Shown: piece after piece, positions 25,295-37,730 of the stretch
How positions within the stretch are numbered: the first letter of the stretch is position 1
Layout: every line of letters begins with the position of its first letter
NCBI RefSeq assembly: GCF_001194135.2
Contig: NC_068984.1
Location: forward strand, 70,515,713 to 70,568,549
Source of the DNA: Octopus bimaculoides
Taxonomy: Eukaryota
Length of the DNA stretch: 52,837 nt
Reading direction: 5' to 3'
Notes under the pieces: generated by a model
The model's database searches: none
What the model saw: the letters and a program-made list of their open reading frames with translations, nothing else
What the model was told of the DNA's origin: nothing
Translations under genes and position numbers: made by a program

Positions 25295-26409
25295 GATTGT
25301 TTTCTCAAGGAAGTTGCTAACTAGATATGGGATACTCCACCCAAGAAGTGACACAGACATACTGTATGTACCAAGAAAAAGAGGGGGAAGAGGACTTACT
25401 GCATGTGAACAGAACACAGCATTAGAGCAAAAGAAAACAACATAGCATGGTATGTAAACAATGCCACAGAACCACAATTATTAGAAGTAGGAAGGTGAAG
25501 CATGTGTAGGATGGAAGATTGCAAAGATAAAGCACTATACAAGAAATTGAAAACAAATGAAACTGAAAACAGATGGGGAAACAAAAGAATGCATGGGATG
25601 TTGAAGATAAGACAGACAGAGAAAAAAGATTGGCTATTGATGACTAAAAGTGATTTAAAACTGGAAACAGAGGCTCTAATCTGTGCTGTACAAATGCAAG
25701 CAATAAGAACAAACTACATAAAATGTAGAATAGGCAACACAGCGGAAAGTGATAAGTGCAGAATCTGTGGACCAAATGGTGAAACCATATGGCATATTAC
25801 CAGCCAATGTATACCACTAACCCAGAAGGAATATAAGAGACACCACGACAATATAGCAAGGCTTGTCCATTGGACAATTTGCAACAAGTATGAACATGAC
25901 AAAGCAAAAAATTAGTATAACCATAAACCCAAAGGCATCATCAAAAATGATAATGCAAAGATCCTGTGGGATTTTATGATTCAGTGCGACCACGAGATAG
26001 TGAATAGGAAGCCAGACATAGTCTTAATTGAGAAAGAAAGCAAATTATGTTGGATCATAGATATAGCATGCCCAGCTGACAACAAAGTATGTGATAAGGA
26101 AGAAAGAAAAGTCGATAGGTATGACAGGTTAGCTTGGGAGGTAAAGCAGTTTTGGTAATGAAAAAAGTGGTAGTGGTACAAATAATTGTTGAAGCCCTCG
26201 GAACAGTGATTATAAGTCTTGCGAAGTATATGGAACAAATAGGGGCTGCAATAATGGTGGAGCACTTGCAGAAAACAACACTCCTTGGAAACACTCGAAT
26301 ACTCCGGATGGTGCTCAAAAAATAAGAGGTGTTACCTTAGTTCACTGGTAGTGAACAGCTGACACTGTAGTACATCTTCAGCGTTAGAAGCTGTGCAAAG
26401 GCAATACCA
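25291..26409 (+). pseudogene. 5'-truncated R4/Dong-like RLE non-LTR retrotransposon
   Basis: LHPRSDTDILYVPRKRGGRGL; KCRICGPNGETIWHITSQC (CCHC); HHDNIARLVHW; KPDIVLIE...IIDIACPADNKVCDKEERKVDRY (PD-D endonuclease); ends in (TAA)n at 26410-26429. Confidence 0.9.
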
Positions 26410-26429
26410 ATAATAATAATAATAATAAT

Positions 26430-26970
26430 TCCGATTTTAACTGACTGGAAATGTTATCATGTACATTGTTTTGTCTTGGCATAAAAATGGGCTACAGCAA
26501 ATATTCTGCTCAATACCACAGATTTACTGGATAGTTGTTTGACCTTAACCAGTTGAACATGTCCAATAGTAGTTGATGATATGTGCATCTCTGATCATGA
26601 GCAGAAGTAGTGAGGAAGCATCCTCGCCACGCATTCAGAAGAATTCTTAAGGGTTGGAATAATTCATCTCTGGAAACATGGGTGTTTCATTCAACATCCT
26701 AAAACATCCCTTATTCAGGGACCTTTTGAGTAGGATGGTCTATTCTACCTGAAGAAAATTCTAACTGGTCCCCCACCTATAAGGTCATGTGCTGTTTATC
26801 TTGATACAAGATCACCATGTTGTGTGCATATGGTTGTGATGTATTTGCCTGATGTACTCTTATCAGACAGGTAGTCACAATGGGTATACTAGGCTTCAAA
26901 TATTTGTACCCCAGTGTCACTTTGATGGCATGCACTGCTTTCTCACTCAATAATAATGATAATAATAAGC
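26430..26970 (+). repeat. Interspersed repeat of about 540 bp bounded by (TAA)n tracts
   Basis: Second copy on the minus strand at 50240-50470; ends CTCTCACTCAATAATAATG; no ORF. Confidence 0.65.
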
Positions 26971-27076
26971 CTTTCTACAAATAGCATGAAGCCTGAAATT
27001 TTGCAGGAGGGGTTTAGCTTGATTATACCATCCCTATTGCTGAACTGGTACTTATTTTATCAATCTCAAAAGGATG

Positions 27077-27496
27077 TGTAGTAACGCCGTGCGCATGCGT
27101 GGAATTAAACAACCAAGCATTCCCGCTTCTATTCTATCTCTTTCTCGGTCGGCCGGCCATGAGCATGGACGTGTCAAGCAGTGTCTTCAACATTCCAACC
27201 TGGAGACAATCACCTTCTTGCTGGTCAGCAATAGAGCATGGACGTGTTTAGCTGTCACTCTCCATCTTTCGGACTTACACTCGACAGCTCGCTTACATCT
27301 ACATACCAACGTCCTAACAACTATGCTCACACACACAGAAGCTGTAACAACAAACAAGAGCTAAAGATGTATATATTTACCACCTGAATAAATGTTGTTT
27401 AAGTTGATAGTCTGGAGTTCAGCGTTCTGTTTAATTTCTAATTTTATATAGGAAAGTCAGGTATACATCTAATGATGTATAACCAACTTTCCTATA
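27077..27496 (+). mobile_element. Solo LTR (420 bp) inserted in a family C SINE
   Basis: TGTAG...CTATA ends (expected CTACA with one transition); 4-bp TSD GATG at 27073-27076 and 27497-27500; TATA-like and AATAAA signals; flanks rejoin into the SINE. Confidence 0.75.
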
Positions 27497-27823
27497 GATG
27501 AAAAGCACAGGTGACCTTGACAGAATTTTAACCCTGAACCTAAAAATGGACAAAACATTGGTATCCATTTTGTGTAGTGTACTAATAATTCTGTCATCTC
27601 ACTTTCTTAATGATAGTTTCAAATTCTTACTCAATGCCAGAAATTTTTAGAGGAAGGGTTGATGTAAGTGACCTCAATACTTAACTGCTTACTTTACTTT
27701 ATCAACCTCAAAAAGGATGAAAGGCAAAATAGATCACAGTGGTCTTTGAACTGAGAATGTACTGATTAAGAAGAAATGCTGCTAAGCATTTCATTTGATG
27801 CTATGATATTTTACAGTTTACAC

Positions 27824-28232
27824 CAGGGGTCACCAAACATTTTCAACCATCAACCTCTTTAGCCACTTCTCCTTCTACATTGACTACCCTCCTCATTTAA
27901 AACATCTTAATACCCTACCCTATGTTCGCTAAAATATACATGTATGACAAATTAAGAAATTCTATTGAAGATGACACACATTTTAGATTTAAAACTATGT
28001 GTACGAGTATACAGTATTAAACTTTCAATTCTTATGAAATTGTTTTCACAGTTAGAAAATGTGAAAAATGTCTTATGCATTTCCATGTTTCATGGTGCTG
28101 ACTAAGTACTTCAAGCAGTTCATCTGGGTGAGGTGGTCTTTTGCATGCCATTCGACCCCTTGGCTATCATCAACCCTTTGTAATTCCTCACCAACCCCTG
28201 GGAATCCCTCGGACACCCATTGGCAACCCCTG
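27824..28232. mobile_element. hAT-type MITE
   Basis: CAGGGGTCACCAA...TTGGCAACCCCTG inverted ends; 8-bp TSD GTTTACAC/GTCTGCAC (6/8). Confidence 0.75.
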
Positions 28233-28347
28233 GTCTGCACAGACTGCACCATAAGTGTCAATCAGCTTGATATTATCTTTAAAGATTTTAGCATTCAGAT
28301 TACTCTCAAAAGTAATGCTTTATTCACATTATTTCAAGATTTTGCAG

Positions 28348-28388
28348 AATGTGGAAATTAAAGAGACAGACAACTCAAGTTGGAACAG
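28348..28388 (+). CDS. Candidate exon (NVEIKETDNSSWNR)
   Basis: gattttgcag|AAT...AACAG|gtatgc; phase 0 to 2. Confidence 0.45.
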
Positions 28389-28678
28389 GTATGCTTTCTG
28401 TCGTAAAGGAAAGAGAAAATGAGTTTCTTGAAAATAACCCTGGTAAATCCAATATTTATGAAGTTCAAAGAATCACCCACAACAGCATGGCTCACATTTA
28501 ACTTAAGTTTTATTTTCCATAATACAAAAATAGTTGGTTTTGAATTCCATTCATTTATACTTTCCTTTTTTTATTTAGATTTACGTTTCTATATACTAAG
28601 TCTGAAATAAATTTTATACGTTTTTATTGCTACACTACGTTGATAACTACCAGTGTTATATGACAATATCTACCTTAG

Positions 28679-28706
28679 GTGTCTGGTCGATACCTGGCAG
28701 GGAAAG
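28679..28706 (+). CDS. Candidate exon (CLVDTWQGK)
   Basis: tctaccttag|G...AAG|gtatat; phase 2 to 0. Confidence 0.45.
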
Positions 28707-29010
28707 GTATATGCATTGATATCAAAGGGAAATAATAATAATAATAATAACAGCAACAACAATAATAAATTACAAAACAATTGCTGTAAAACCAGACCTT
28801 CCACTCAAAGACCTAATTCACTCAAGAGTTATATAATGGAGATAAGCATCCAAAAATCTGACCATTTCATTTCCTATGACTATTATTTCCATTTATTTCT
28901 GCAACATTCTTGAATTATCGCTAGAAGGTTAAAATTCTGTAAGAAAAATAAATTAAAAATATCAAAGAAGAGCATCTTATATTTTAAGGAGTGTTCTGTG
29001 TGATGTACAG

Positions 29011-29066
29011 TTGATTAATCTACTGGATCTAAGCCAGATCACTAGTGATAGTAGAAAATTTACAGA
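29011..29066 (+). CDS. Candidate exon (LINLLDLSQITSDSRKFT)
   Basis: tgatgtacag|TTG...AGA|gtaaga; only frame 0 is open, as the previous exon requires. Confidence 0.45.
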
Positions 29067-29137
29067 GTAAGAATGATTTGGCAATTGTTTAACTACTGCT
29101 AGTGCTTCTACTGCTGTTGTTGCAGCTAATTGAATAG

Positions 29138-29178
29138 GCTACATCGAAAGAAAAGATCAGGAATCTTCATTCATATGA
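29138..29178 (+). CDS. Weaker candidate exon (LHRKKRSGIFIHM)
   Basis: ttgaatag|G...ATGA|gtagtc; phase 2 to 1; weak donor. Confidence 0.22.
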
Positions 29179-29704
29179 GTAGTCACTCTATAGATGAAAG
29201 CAGTATTGTTTGTAGTGATGTAAAGAAGAAAGAAAAAGATGTATGCAATGATTTTCATCATTAGCTTATTTGTAACTGGTTACAATAGTGTGTTGCAAAA
29301 TGACTATTTTTACTTTTTTTCCCTGATAAGATAACACTAGTTGAAATTGTATTTCTATAGTATGTGTATTTGCGAGTCTGTATTTGTGTGAAATAGTATA
29401 TAATGTTTTCATTTGTTAATTGAAAATTCAGCATCTGCATTATTTAATGAAATGAATTTAATTTTCCAAGTAGCATGTTAGAAATCCAAATATCAGTCTT
29501 TTGTTCAATTACCAATTCTTTATAGTTGGTAATAAATCCAAAGGATCTACAATGACTGAAGTGATTTGAATTGTATGGTTTATTGAATTTCAAATGTTAG
29601 CTGAGAAGTAATGTGTGTTAATAGGTGAGTTGAGAAGTGAACAGAGCTTGCATTCTTAATCAGTGCTGAGGTATATATAATAGATTTGTCAGTTTGGCTT
29701 TAAG

Positions 29705-29753
29705 TAAATGCTGCTTTTGTTGAGGAGGAAGTAGTGAGTGTCATTGATAAGAG
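29705..29753 (+). CDS. Weaker candidate exon (NAAFVEEEVVSVIDKR)
   Basis: ggctttaag|TA...AAGAG|gtaagc; strong donor, AAG acceptor; phase 1 to 2. Confidence 0.3.
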
Positions 29754-30755
29754 GTAAGCACGGGGAAGAGAATCATGTGCAATTTCAGTGAAGGGGCTTA
29801 ATGCAAAAGAACAAAAACGTTATTTAGTATGTTTTTAAAATATGTAATACAATTATTCAGAAATGTAAATACCAAAAATCAAAGAGAAAAGAAATCCTAA
29901 TGGTAATGATATTTTAATCCATTTACTACCAATCTGTCTGACATTACTTGTGCAGAAGTATTCATATTTAAATTAAAACTGTGATAAATATCTCATTTTA
30001 ATATGAAAAATGATGCAAAATTTCCCATGTATACGAAATTTACATTAACTAAAAGAATTTTTATAGGATAGACAAATTCAAAAGAAATTAAAGTTGATCA
30101 AATTACAACCAACCATCTTTTTAAAATTTCAGTAGTCTGAAATAAAATATGCTTGAAAAGGCATGATGGTCATGGCTAGATTACCTTTGATCATAGGTTT
30201 ACTTATCCAAAGCTGACCTGGTAATAAACAAAATGAAGGACAAAATAAAATTACATCTAATTTTAATTAGCTCCTTAAAATTCTTGATTATACTGAAAAT
30301 TAATTGAAAACTATAGATAGTTTACCTTTTAGAAATATAAACACAAAAGGTTTTCATCATATGTCTTTTAACTGATTGATTAAATTAATAAAATTAATTA
30401 ATTTCTCAGGAACTGTGAATGTATATATGAAATCCAACTATTTCTGTGTTGAAATTAATTTCCTGGAATATATTGCAATTCAGAAATAATGCGTAAGTTA
30501 TATAACTGCATTGCTTTAAAAATGCTAATATAAATTCAATTCAGAAATTGCCTGAGGAGGAGTTTTCTTAAAAACACATGTGGAAAATGTCTTTGAGCCT
30601 TAAAATCAATGCAGTATTTTCATACATATTGCATATTTCTGAATTTCTAAAATGAAAGATCCATTATTTTTCTTACAACTTATCACTGCTACAGATTCAT
30701 ATGCAACTTGCAATTTGACCCTAGCTCTAAAAAGCTTTCCACTCTATGCATAGAC

Positions 30756-31071
30756 CAATGGTTCCCAAAGTGGGCAGTATTGCTTTGTTGGGGGGGGGGC
30801 GGAATCCAGCGAAGTATTAAAGAAAAGTAGGGCGATAACAGGATGGCCAAGAGTGCAATAAATGTTAACCCCCTCATCACCACCACCACCAAAAAAAAAA
30901 ACAAAAACAAATGATGGGTTAATTAGGTTAAATTTTATTTGTGAAATACAGTTGTTTTATATTTGCTGCAGAAAGTGGTTTATGTTTCTAGTGATAAGTG
31001 GAGGGGACCTTAGGAATGTGGCCTGGTCATCAAAAGGTGGGTGGCACACTGTAAAGGTTTGGGAACCACTG
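30756..31071. mobile_element. hAT (Charlie-like) MITE
   Basis: CAATGGTTCCCAAA...TTTGGGAACCACTG inverted ends; flanking 8-mers GCATAGAC/ATATAGAT. Confidence 0.75.
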
Positions 31072-31909
31072 ATATAGATTTTAACAGATTTGAATGCAAT
31101 TAATGTAATATTGCTTTCTTCTTTATTTTTACTTTAAAAGTAGTTGAGTGATAAAAACTGTAGAGTGCTGGATTAAATGAACTTGCTATATTTTGGAACA
31201 TACTTTTATATTCTCAGTCCAAATGGATTGACATTCACTTGGATTAATGTTTACTTTAACAGTTATATTTTATTTAGGTTCACATTATCCAACGTGTACA
31301 TTTTTTTTAAGATAGCAGGGGTGACCTGAAGGTGATTTGGCTGCAACTTCTAACAGAAGAAGCAATCATAAAGATATTCACGTTCAGTGGATAATCGATA
31401 TTTTGTATTATGTGACAATGATTGAAACTCAACGAATTAAGTATAAGACAAGTACAAAATAACAGAATTGATATAATCGATTTAAACTTTTTAAGACAGT
31501 ACCCCAGTATGGTTGCTTTCTAAAAACTAAAATCAGTAACAAAGATATAAGAATGCAGCAAGGAAAAATTTTATAAAAATCACCTAGAAATAAAATTACC
31601 ATATTGCAACAAAAATAGGAACTTGCAAAAATGCAAGTTCATGTCCTTAGAAAAATTAGAAAGAATAGCATAAAATAAGTTATTTCTGTTCAAAGTGCTA
31701 TCTGTAGTTGGATACCTACCTGCATACATACATACATTCATACATACATACATACATACATGCATGCATGCATGCATGCATACGTACATACATACGTACG
31801 TACTTACATATGTATATATAAAGACTTTTCCATTCTTCCCGAGTGTTAAACTAATACACCTGCTTATTGTTCCTTCACCTGTCTTTGTCTCTTGTTTTCA
31901 GTAAATTTG

Positions 31910-32640
31910 AACTAGGCCTGCAATCAGGCTTGGAAGTCATTTTCCATAAATGAGTAGAGAACCTTCCGTGATTCGCTCTGGATCTTGACAACAGGATTAA
32001 AACGGCGGCCTTTGAACTGCATTTTCACCTCGGAGGAGAGATAGGAGTCTGCAGGTGCTAAATATGGTGATTAAAGTGAGTGCAGAAGCGATACCATGTT
32101 TTTTGCAAGAAACTCACGAAAGTGGAGAGCTCGAGTGCAGGATGCATTATCATCGATAAGAATCCAATTCTTTACGCTCCACAGATCAGGTCGCTTTCAC
32201 CTAATGTCCTCCTTCAAACTCTTCAACACGTTCCAACAAAACTCTCGATTGACGATCTGGCCCTGGGAGACGAATTATCGATGCACAATACCACATTTCC
32301 AGCGGTGGCGCTCGTAGAGGGTCTTCCAGATCGCTCATCGTCTTCCAGGGACGTTCTTCCACTTCTGAAATGCCTCTGCCTCGACACCGTAAGCTTGCTG
32401 AAGCATGCTCAATGTCTCCGTTGCAGATTTCCCAAGGTTAAGGCAATATTAGACGTTGGCTCTTCGTTCCAAATTCCTGTTCATGCGAAAATCACAGATT
32501 ACAGCATATACGTGATTACAAAAACACAAATTTCACAACTTACGAAGTAAACACTGCAATGGACACTGCCTCATGAAGTCACAGCTAATTCTCGCTACGC
32601 AAGCAAACACCACCAAGAGCCCACTCCCACTTGTAACTGT
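31910..32640 (-). pseudogene. Mariner transposase pseudogene, internally deleted
   Basis: MNRNLERRANV*YCLNLGKSATETLSMLQQAYG; RHFRSGRTSLEDDERSGRPST; KNWILIDDNASCTRA; SPYLAPADSYL (YSPDLAP-like); KGRRF. Confidence 0.9.
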
Positions 32641-32649
32641 TGAGAACCA

Positions 32650-32963
32650 GGATCATGTTCACTCGACCAGGGATGTATGTTTAAATCCTTCATACATGAG
32701 GCAGAAATTACAGCAACGCTAGATGATAACACTAGCGATAAGAAGACCTATAACGAACTATGTAAAGGCGACTTAAAAATCGCTATGCCAACCATATATC
32801 TTCCTTTCGACACAGGGACAAAGTAAAGATACTAAGTTGGTTCGCCACGTATGGGGTTTGAAGTCAAAAGCCACACCACATGCAATAAAGTGGAAAATAG
32901 TCGAAAAATCTACACTGTATCTTGACAGATCAAAAATCGTGAGTTATGCGTAGCTCAAAGAAC
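32650..32963 (+). pseudogene. Penelope-like GIY-YIG endonuclease fragment
   Basis: FIHEAEITATLDDNTSDKKTYNELCKGDLK / NRYANHISSFRHRD / AIKWKIVEKS...ELCVAQ resembles the PLE endonuclease C-terminus as I recall it. Confidence 0.65.
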
Positions 32964-33578
32964 TCTGTAGAACATGTAACTACAGCGCCATACAATCATA
33001 GATCTAAGGGACAAGCAGAACGCTTTGTTGATACCTTCAAGCAAGCCCTAAAAATGTCGGATAAGGAAGTCACGGATGAAGTAGCTCTACAACAATTCTT
33101 GAGAGTATACCACATGGCACCAAATCCAAACACACCAGCACGTATGTCACCAGCGGAGCTGATGTTTGTGAGGAAAGTAATATCAGTCTTCGAAAAATTG
33201 CTATCTGGCAAGAAAAGAAAATTTGCAATGGAGAATACAGCAAGAATTTTCAAAATTGGTGAAAAGGTATTTGTGAGGGCATATAAGAACATAAAGAAGA
33301 GTTGGGAAGATAGTGTGACTACCAAACGCATAGGAAAAGTGCTATACTTAGTAAATAGTAGAAAAGGCGTATACAAGAGACACATGAACCAACCGAAAAA
33401 GAGATTCGTTGAGAGTGAACCCAAGAAAATGGAAGAACCAATGGAATGGTTATATTATACCTTTCAAGCACCAACGCCACTATGGGAGATTGAACCCAGA
33501 CCCACAAGCATAAGAAAAAGAAAAATGCACGGAGTTCCTGAAAGTGGAAGCCAAACAGAAAAAATATTAAATGTATAA
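32964..33578 (+). pseudogene. Gypsy/Ty3 integrase 3' fragment
   Basis: HVTTAPYNHRSKGQAERFVDTFKQALK; FLRVYHMAPNPNTPARMSPAELMF; FKIGEKVFVR...KRIGKVLYLV (GPY/F-like). Confidence 0.9.
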
Positions 33579-33594
33579 CTAAGAAATGAAACTC

Positions 33595-33865
33595 AAAAAA
33601 GGGAGGTGGGGTGATAAAAATGTATTGCTATTGAAAGAAATAAAATGACATTAAGAAAAAAGAAAAACTTGAAAATGGAAATGTTATGGGGATAATGGTA
33701 ATAATGATACACCCCTCCCACGTGACGAGTAGTATGTGATACTCACTATAAATAGGTGACGTCGGTCAGTATATATAGAGAGAGTACTAAGTAGATGGTC
33801 ATAGATTAGTTGTGTCTTTACTGGTCTAATAACTATACTGCTATACCGAAGTAGGTGTTATAACA
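33595..33865 (+). mobile_element. Polypurine tract and probable 3' LTR of the Gypsy element
   Basis: PPT AAAAAAGGGAGGTGGGG at 33595-33611 immediately followed by TG; TATAAATA inside; plausible end TTATAACA at 33865 (end uncertain). Confidence 0.7.
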
Positions 33866-33919
33866 AACCGACATTTAAGGATTACAACAGTGGCAACAAG
33901 GGTTACAACAATACATAGG

Positions 33920-33950
<31 letters not shown>

Positions 33951-34724
33951 NNNNNNNNNNNNNNNNNNNNNNNNNNNNNNNNNNNNNNNNNNNNNNNNNN
34001 NNNNNNNNNNNNNNNNNNNNNNNNNNNNNNNNNNNNNNNNNNNNNNNNNNNNNNNNNNNNNNNNNNNNNNNNNNNNNNNNNNNNNNNNNNNNNNNNNNNN
34101 NNNNNNNNNNNNNNNNNNNNNNNNNNNNNNNNNNNNNNNNNNNNNNNNNNNNNNNNNNNNNNNNNNNNNNNNNNNNNNNNNNNNNNNNNNNNNNNNNNNN
34201 NNNNNNNNNNNNNNNNNNNNNNNNNNNNNNNNNNNNNNNNNNNNNNNNNNNNNNNNNNNNNNNNNNNNNNNNNNNNNNNNNNNNNNNNNNNNNNNNNNNN
34301 NNNNNNNNNNNNNNNNNNNNNNNNNNNNNNNNNNNNNNNNNNNNNNNNNNNNNNNNNNNNNNNNNNNNNNNNNNNNNNNNNNNNNNNNNNNNNNNNNNNN
34401 NNNNNNNNNNNNNNNNNNNNNNNNNNNNNNNNNNNNNNNNNNNNNNNNNNNNNNNNNNNNNNNNNNNNNNNNNNNNNNNNNNNNNNNNNNNNNNNNNNNN
34501 NNNNNNNNNNNNNNNNNNNNNNNNNNNNNNNNNNNNNNNNNNNNNNNNNNNNNNNNNNNNNNNNNNNNNNNNNNNNNNNNNNNNNNNNNNNNNNNNNNNN
34601 NNNNNNNNNNNNNNNNNNNNNNNNNNNNNNNNNNNNNNNNNNNNNNNNNNNNNNNNNNNNNNNNNNNNNNNNNNNNNNNNNNNNNNNNNNNNNNNNNNNN
34701 NNNNNNNNNNNNNNNNNNNNNNNN
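33951..34724. other. Assembly gap flanked by (TA)n
   Basis: Run of N. Confidence 0.99.
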
Positions 34725-34935
34725 TATATATATATATATATGTATGTATGCATGTATGCATGCATGTATGCCTGCATATATATAGTGGGGTGTATACACT
34801 CAGTATATAGGGATAAATTATCCACTGGGTACCGTATGAGCACCTCACTATGTTTTGGGTTAAGCCTAATAGCGTCATGTAATAAGCAGCACCTAAAATT
34901 ACTTAGGGTCAGCAATTACATTTTATGTAGTCTAG

Positions 34936-35753
34936 TAGTATATCATTGGTTGTGGCCAGTCAGAAAGCTATTATAGGTTTCACATCTATCAATACACTTG
35001 GCAATATGGGCAGCTTATCAAACCTGCTGGCCAGAGGCACATAACCTCTTTACTAATTGCGGTCAAATACAGTATTTTCCAATTTAATGGGGAAAACAAA
35101 AATATTTTGTAAAGAAAGAAATTCCAAAGTGAAAATATTCATTCTGGAAAGGACAAAGATACCACCATTAGAATAAATTCATTTGTGTTCAAAATGGGTC
35201 AGTTTATGTTTATTTTTTATTTACTTGTTCACAAATAGGGATGACCCCATTTCTGAAACAAATTTTCTGTAATGAGGGCACCAGCTAAAAATTTCACTTT
35301 TTGAATTGAAGAAGTCACTCATATCATATGAAATTTTTCAGATCATTGTCTTCTCAGCTAAGCAAAGTTTCATTGTTTGATTCCATTGAGATATAGCCTA
35401 GATTGTTCCAACAGCTTCCAAATAATCCTGCATGGTGTTCCCTCTTCTTTTAAATGTCATATGTACCTGGCTAGTGTCTTAAAATTGCACAACTCTGGTA
35501 TCCTAAAAGAAGACTTGTAGTTATTTAGTCTGATCCTAATGAGGTCTTCCATTGTCCAAAATATTTCTGTTTGTGTGTTCTTGTTGTTGGTGTTGCTGCT
35601 ACTGTTTGACGCCAGCTCAGACCAAGACTATATTTTTACCATCATTAGAAAAGCAGTATTTTGCCTCTGGTCAGCATGTTTGAGGAGCCACCTATATTGA
35701 CTGCTGTGAAATCAATGGTAACTTTCTGACTGGCCATAACTAATGATATACTA
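34936..35753. mobile_element. Probable DNA-transposon derivative bounded by 32-bp inverted repeats
   Basis: TAGTATATCATTGGTTGTGGCCAGTCAGAAAG versus CTTTCTGACTGGCCATAACTAATGATATACTA (2 mismatches); no TSD identified. Confidence 0.5.
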
Positions 35754-35838
35754 TGTTACTATGTGATATAATATATATATATATAAACACAATATATATA
35801 TAAATAATGTTTCATATATATATATATATATATATAAA

Positions 35839-35903
<65 letters not shown>

Positions 35904-36151
35904 TACATTGTTTGGGGCGGTATGCAGATTTTATATATTAAGAAAAGGAACTAATTAGGTTTTGGATAAGGACTATTTATTTGGTACTTCCAGCCCTTTG
36001 ATTAATTCATCATGAATAATTTTTTTTATAGAAAATTCATGCCTTTTATATATATGTTAGTTGAAAAATCTTGGGTTGAATTTGTTTCCTTGGGTTCTGG
36101 GAAAAGGATGTATCGAGGGTGGTTGAGATGTTTAAAAATATACCATTTCCA

Positions 36152-37730
36152 CATGTAAAAGTTTGTTCACTAATGTCCCATTAGCAGAAACGTTATAAAT
36201 CATAAGAGAGAATGTATGTTAAAACCCAAAAATAAAGGCATTCTCAATACCAATAATTTTATTGAATAGACGCTTAATATATACACAACTGAAGTACTTT
36301 TTTGCTGCCCACAAAGCAGTTTATACAAAGAGATGGGGTGATCAACGGTTCCACCATATGACCTAAATTTATGACATTCTACTTATCTCGTACAACAAAG
36401 CACAGAGCAACATCAAATCTTAAACACTTTAAAAACATGATGCACACCAGATACGTCGAAGATACTCTACCTGTAATGGATACATTAAAGGAAGTTGAGA
36501 AACTAAAGGAAGACTTAGAAAACAATTATATACTAAAATATAGCATGCAGAATTATATGAATGAAACCCTGATTTTAAACATAAACATGCAGATTGTAAA
36601 GCAAACACATCACCTCAGTATACACATCAAAGAATCAAGCAATGGCATTTACTTACATGAAGCCAGTAAATGAACACACAACTATAAGATGTGTGAGCAT
36701 TTACTATCCCTTCACAAAAAAAAACCCACTTATATTCTCATTCACAAAAATGCACAAACATTAAGTAACAATGAGTACTCTAACAATATAGTAGGCTGAT
36801 CTAGAGCAGAATATAGACACAAATACAAAATAAAGACAAATATTTTAGATAATACACAAAGTGTAAATACATAGACCAAACATGAAATTTATTACATGAA
36901 TCAAATGCATGAAACAATCAAACTGGCTAAACAAAGTACAATCAAAACCCTCACAAAATATAATACAAATTGCATCTTACCTGAACCTAAATTAAACTAA
37001 TGATATACTACAAAAAGGCCAAGACAAAAATCTCCTTATCAATACCATATTACAAGCATATAAACCCAAGAAAAAGCTACATGTTGCTAATATAATCTAT
37101 AAATTTTACTGTAAAACTGAATATTACAAACTTCAGGACTCAAACTGTTACATTGGAAACCCGAGCACTATGCTCCCACAAAGGCTTAACATACACTTAC
37201 AAAATTAGATAGAAAAATACTGAAGGAGAATACTTATTCTAAAATATTCCTCACAAAACTAGATTACTTATGGAAGTCATAGCCATATTGAAAATACAAT
37301 GCCAAAATCAATATTTACACAAAACATACATAAAAATATTAATATATGGCTACTTCTTAATCATACATGCATAAACATATATTTGTAAACATCAACACAC
37401 ACACATACATATTTAAATGTTACATTTTGGCAATGAAAGAGTTAGAGTTGTATCTTGGCAGAGTCATTTTGCCAATAATAAGTATATGCACAGGTTCTAA
37501 CTCAATTATTATTATCATTAGTCAATGGGTTAACCAATTAGCCAGTTAACTAATTAATTACTTGATTAATTGTTTAATCAATCAGACCTGCAATATGAGG
37601 CCATGTCATTGATAAGGTCACAAATGGCAATGAAAAACTCTGACAAATCAGCTGATTGATCGATTGATTGAATGATTAATCAAGCAGTCAATTAATTAAT
37701 TGGTTAACTAGTTGCCTAATAATAATGTAA
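36152..37730 (+). pseudogene. Degraded Penelope-like retroelement (RT + GIY-YIG + 3' pLTR)
   Basis: KSLFTNVPLAETL; RDGVINGSTI*PKFMTFYL (DGVAMGSPLG-like); HTRYVEDTL (YVDD-like); ANIIYKFYC...NCYIGNPSTMLPQRLNIHLQ; decayed HHR at 37604-37645. Confidence 0.85.
37604..37645 (+). ncRNA. Decayed hammerhead motif in the PLE 3' region
   Basis: UGUCA uUGAUaA GGUCA caaa UGGCaau GAAA aac UC UGACA: stem I intact, core two transitions from CUGAUGA. Confidence 0.5.

Noticed and set aside
31807-31915. Possible further pLTR-like tail after a (TACA)n tract
   Set aside because: It resembles a repeat I recall lying downstream of an HHR, but no ribozyme core is present in this copy.
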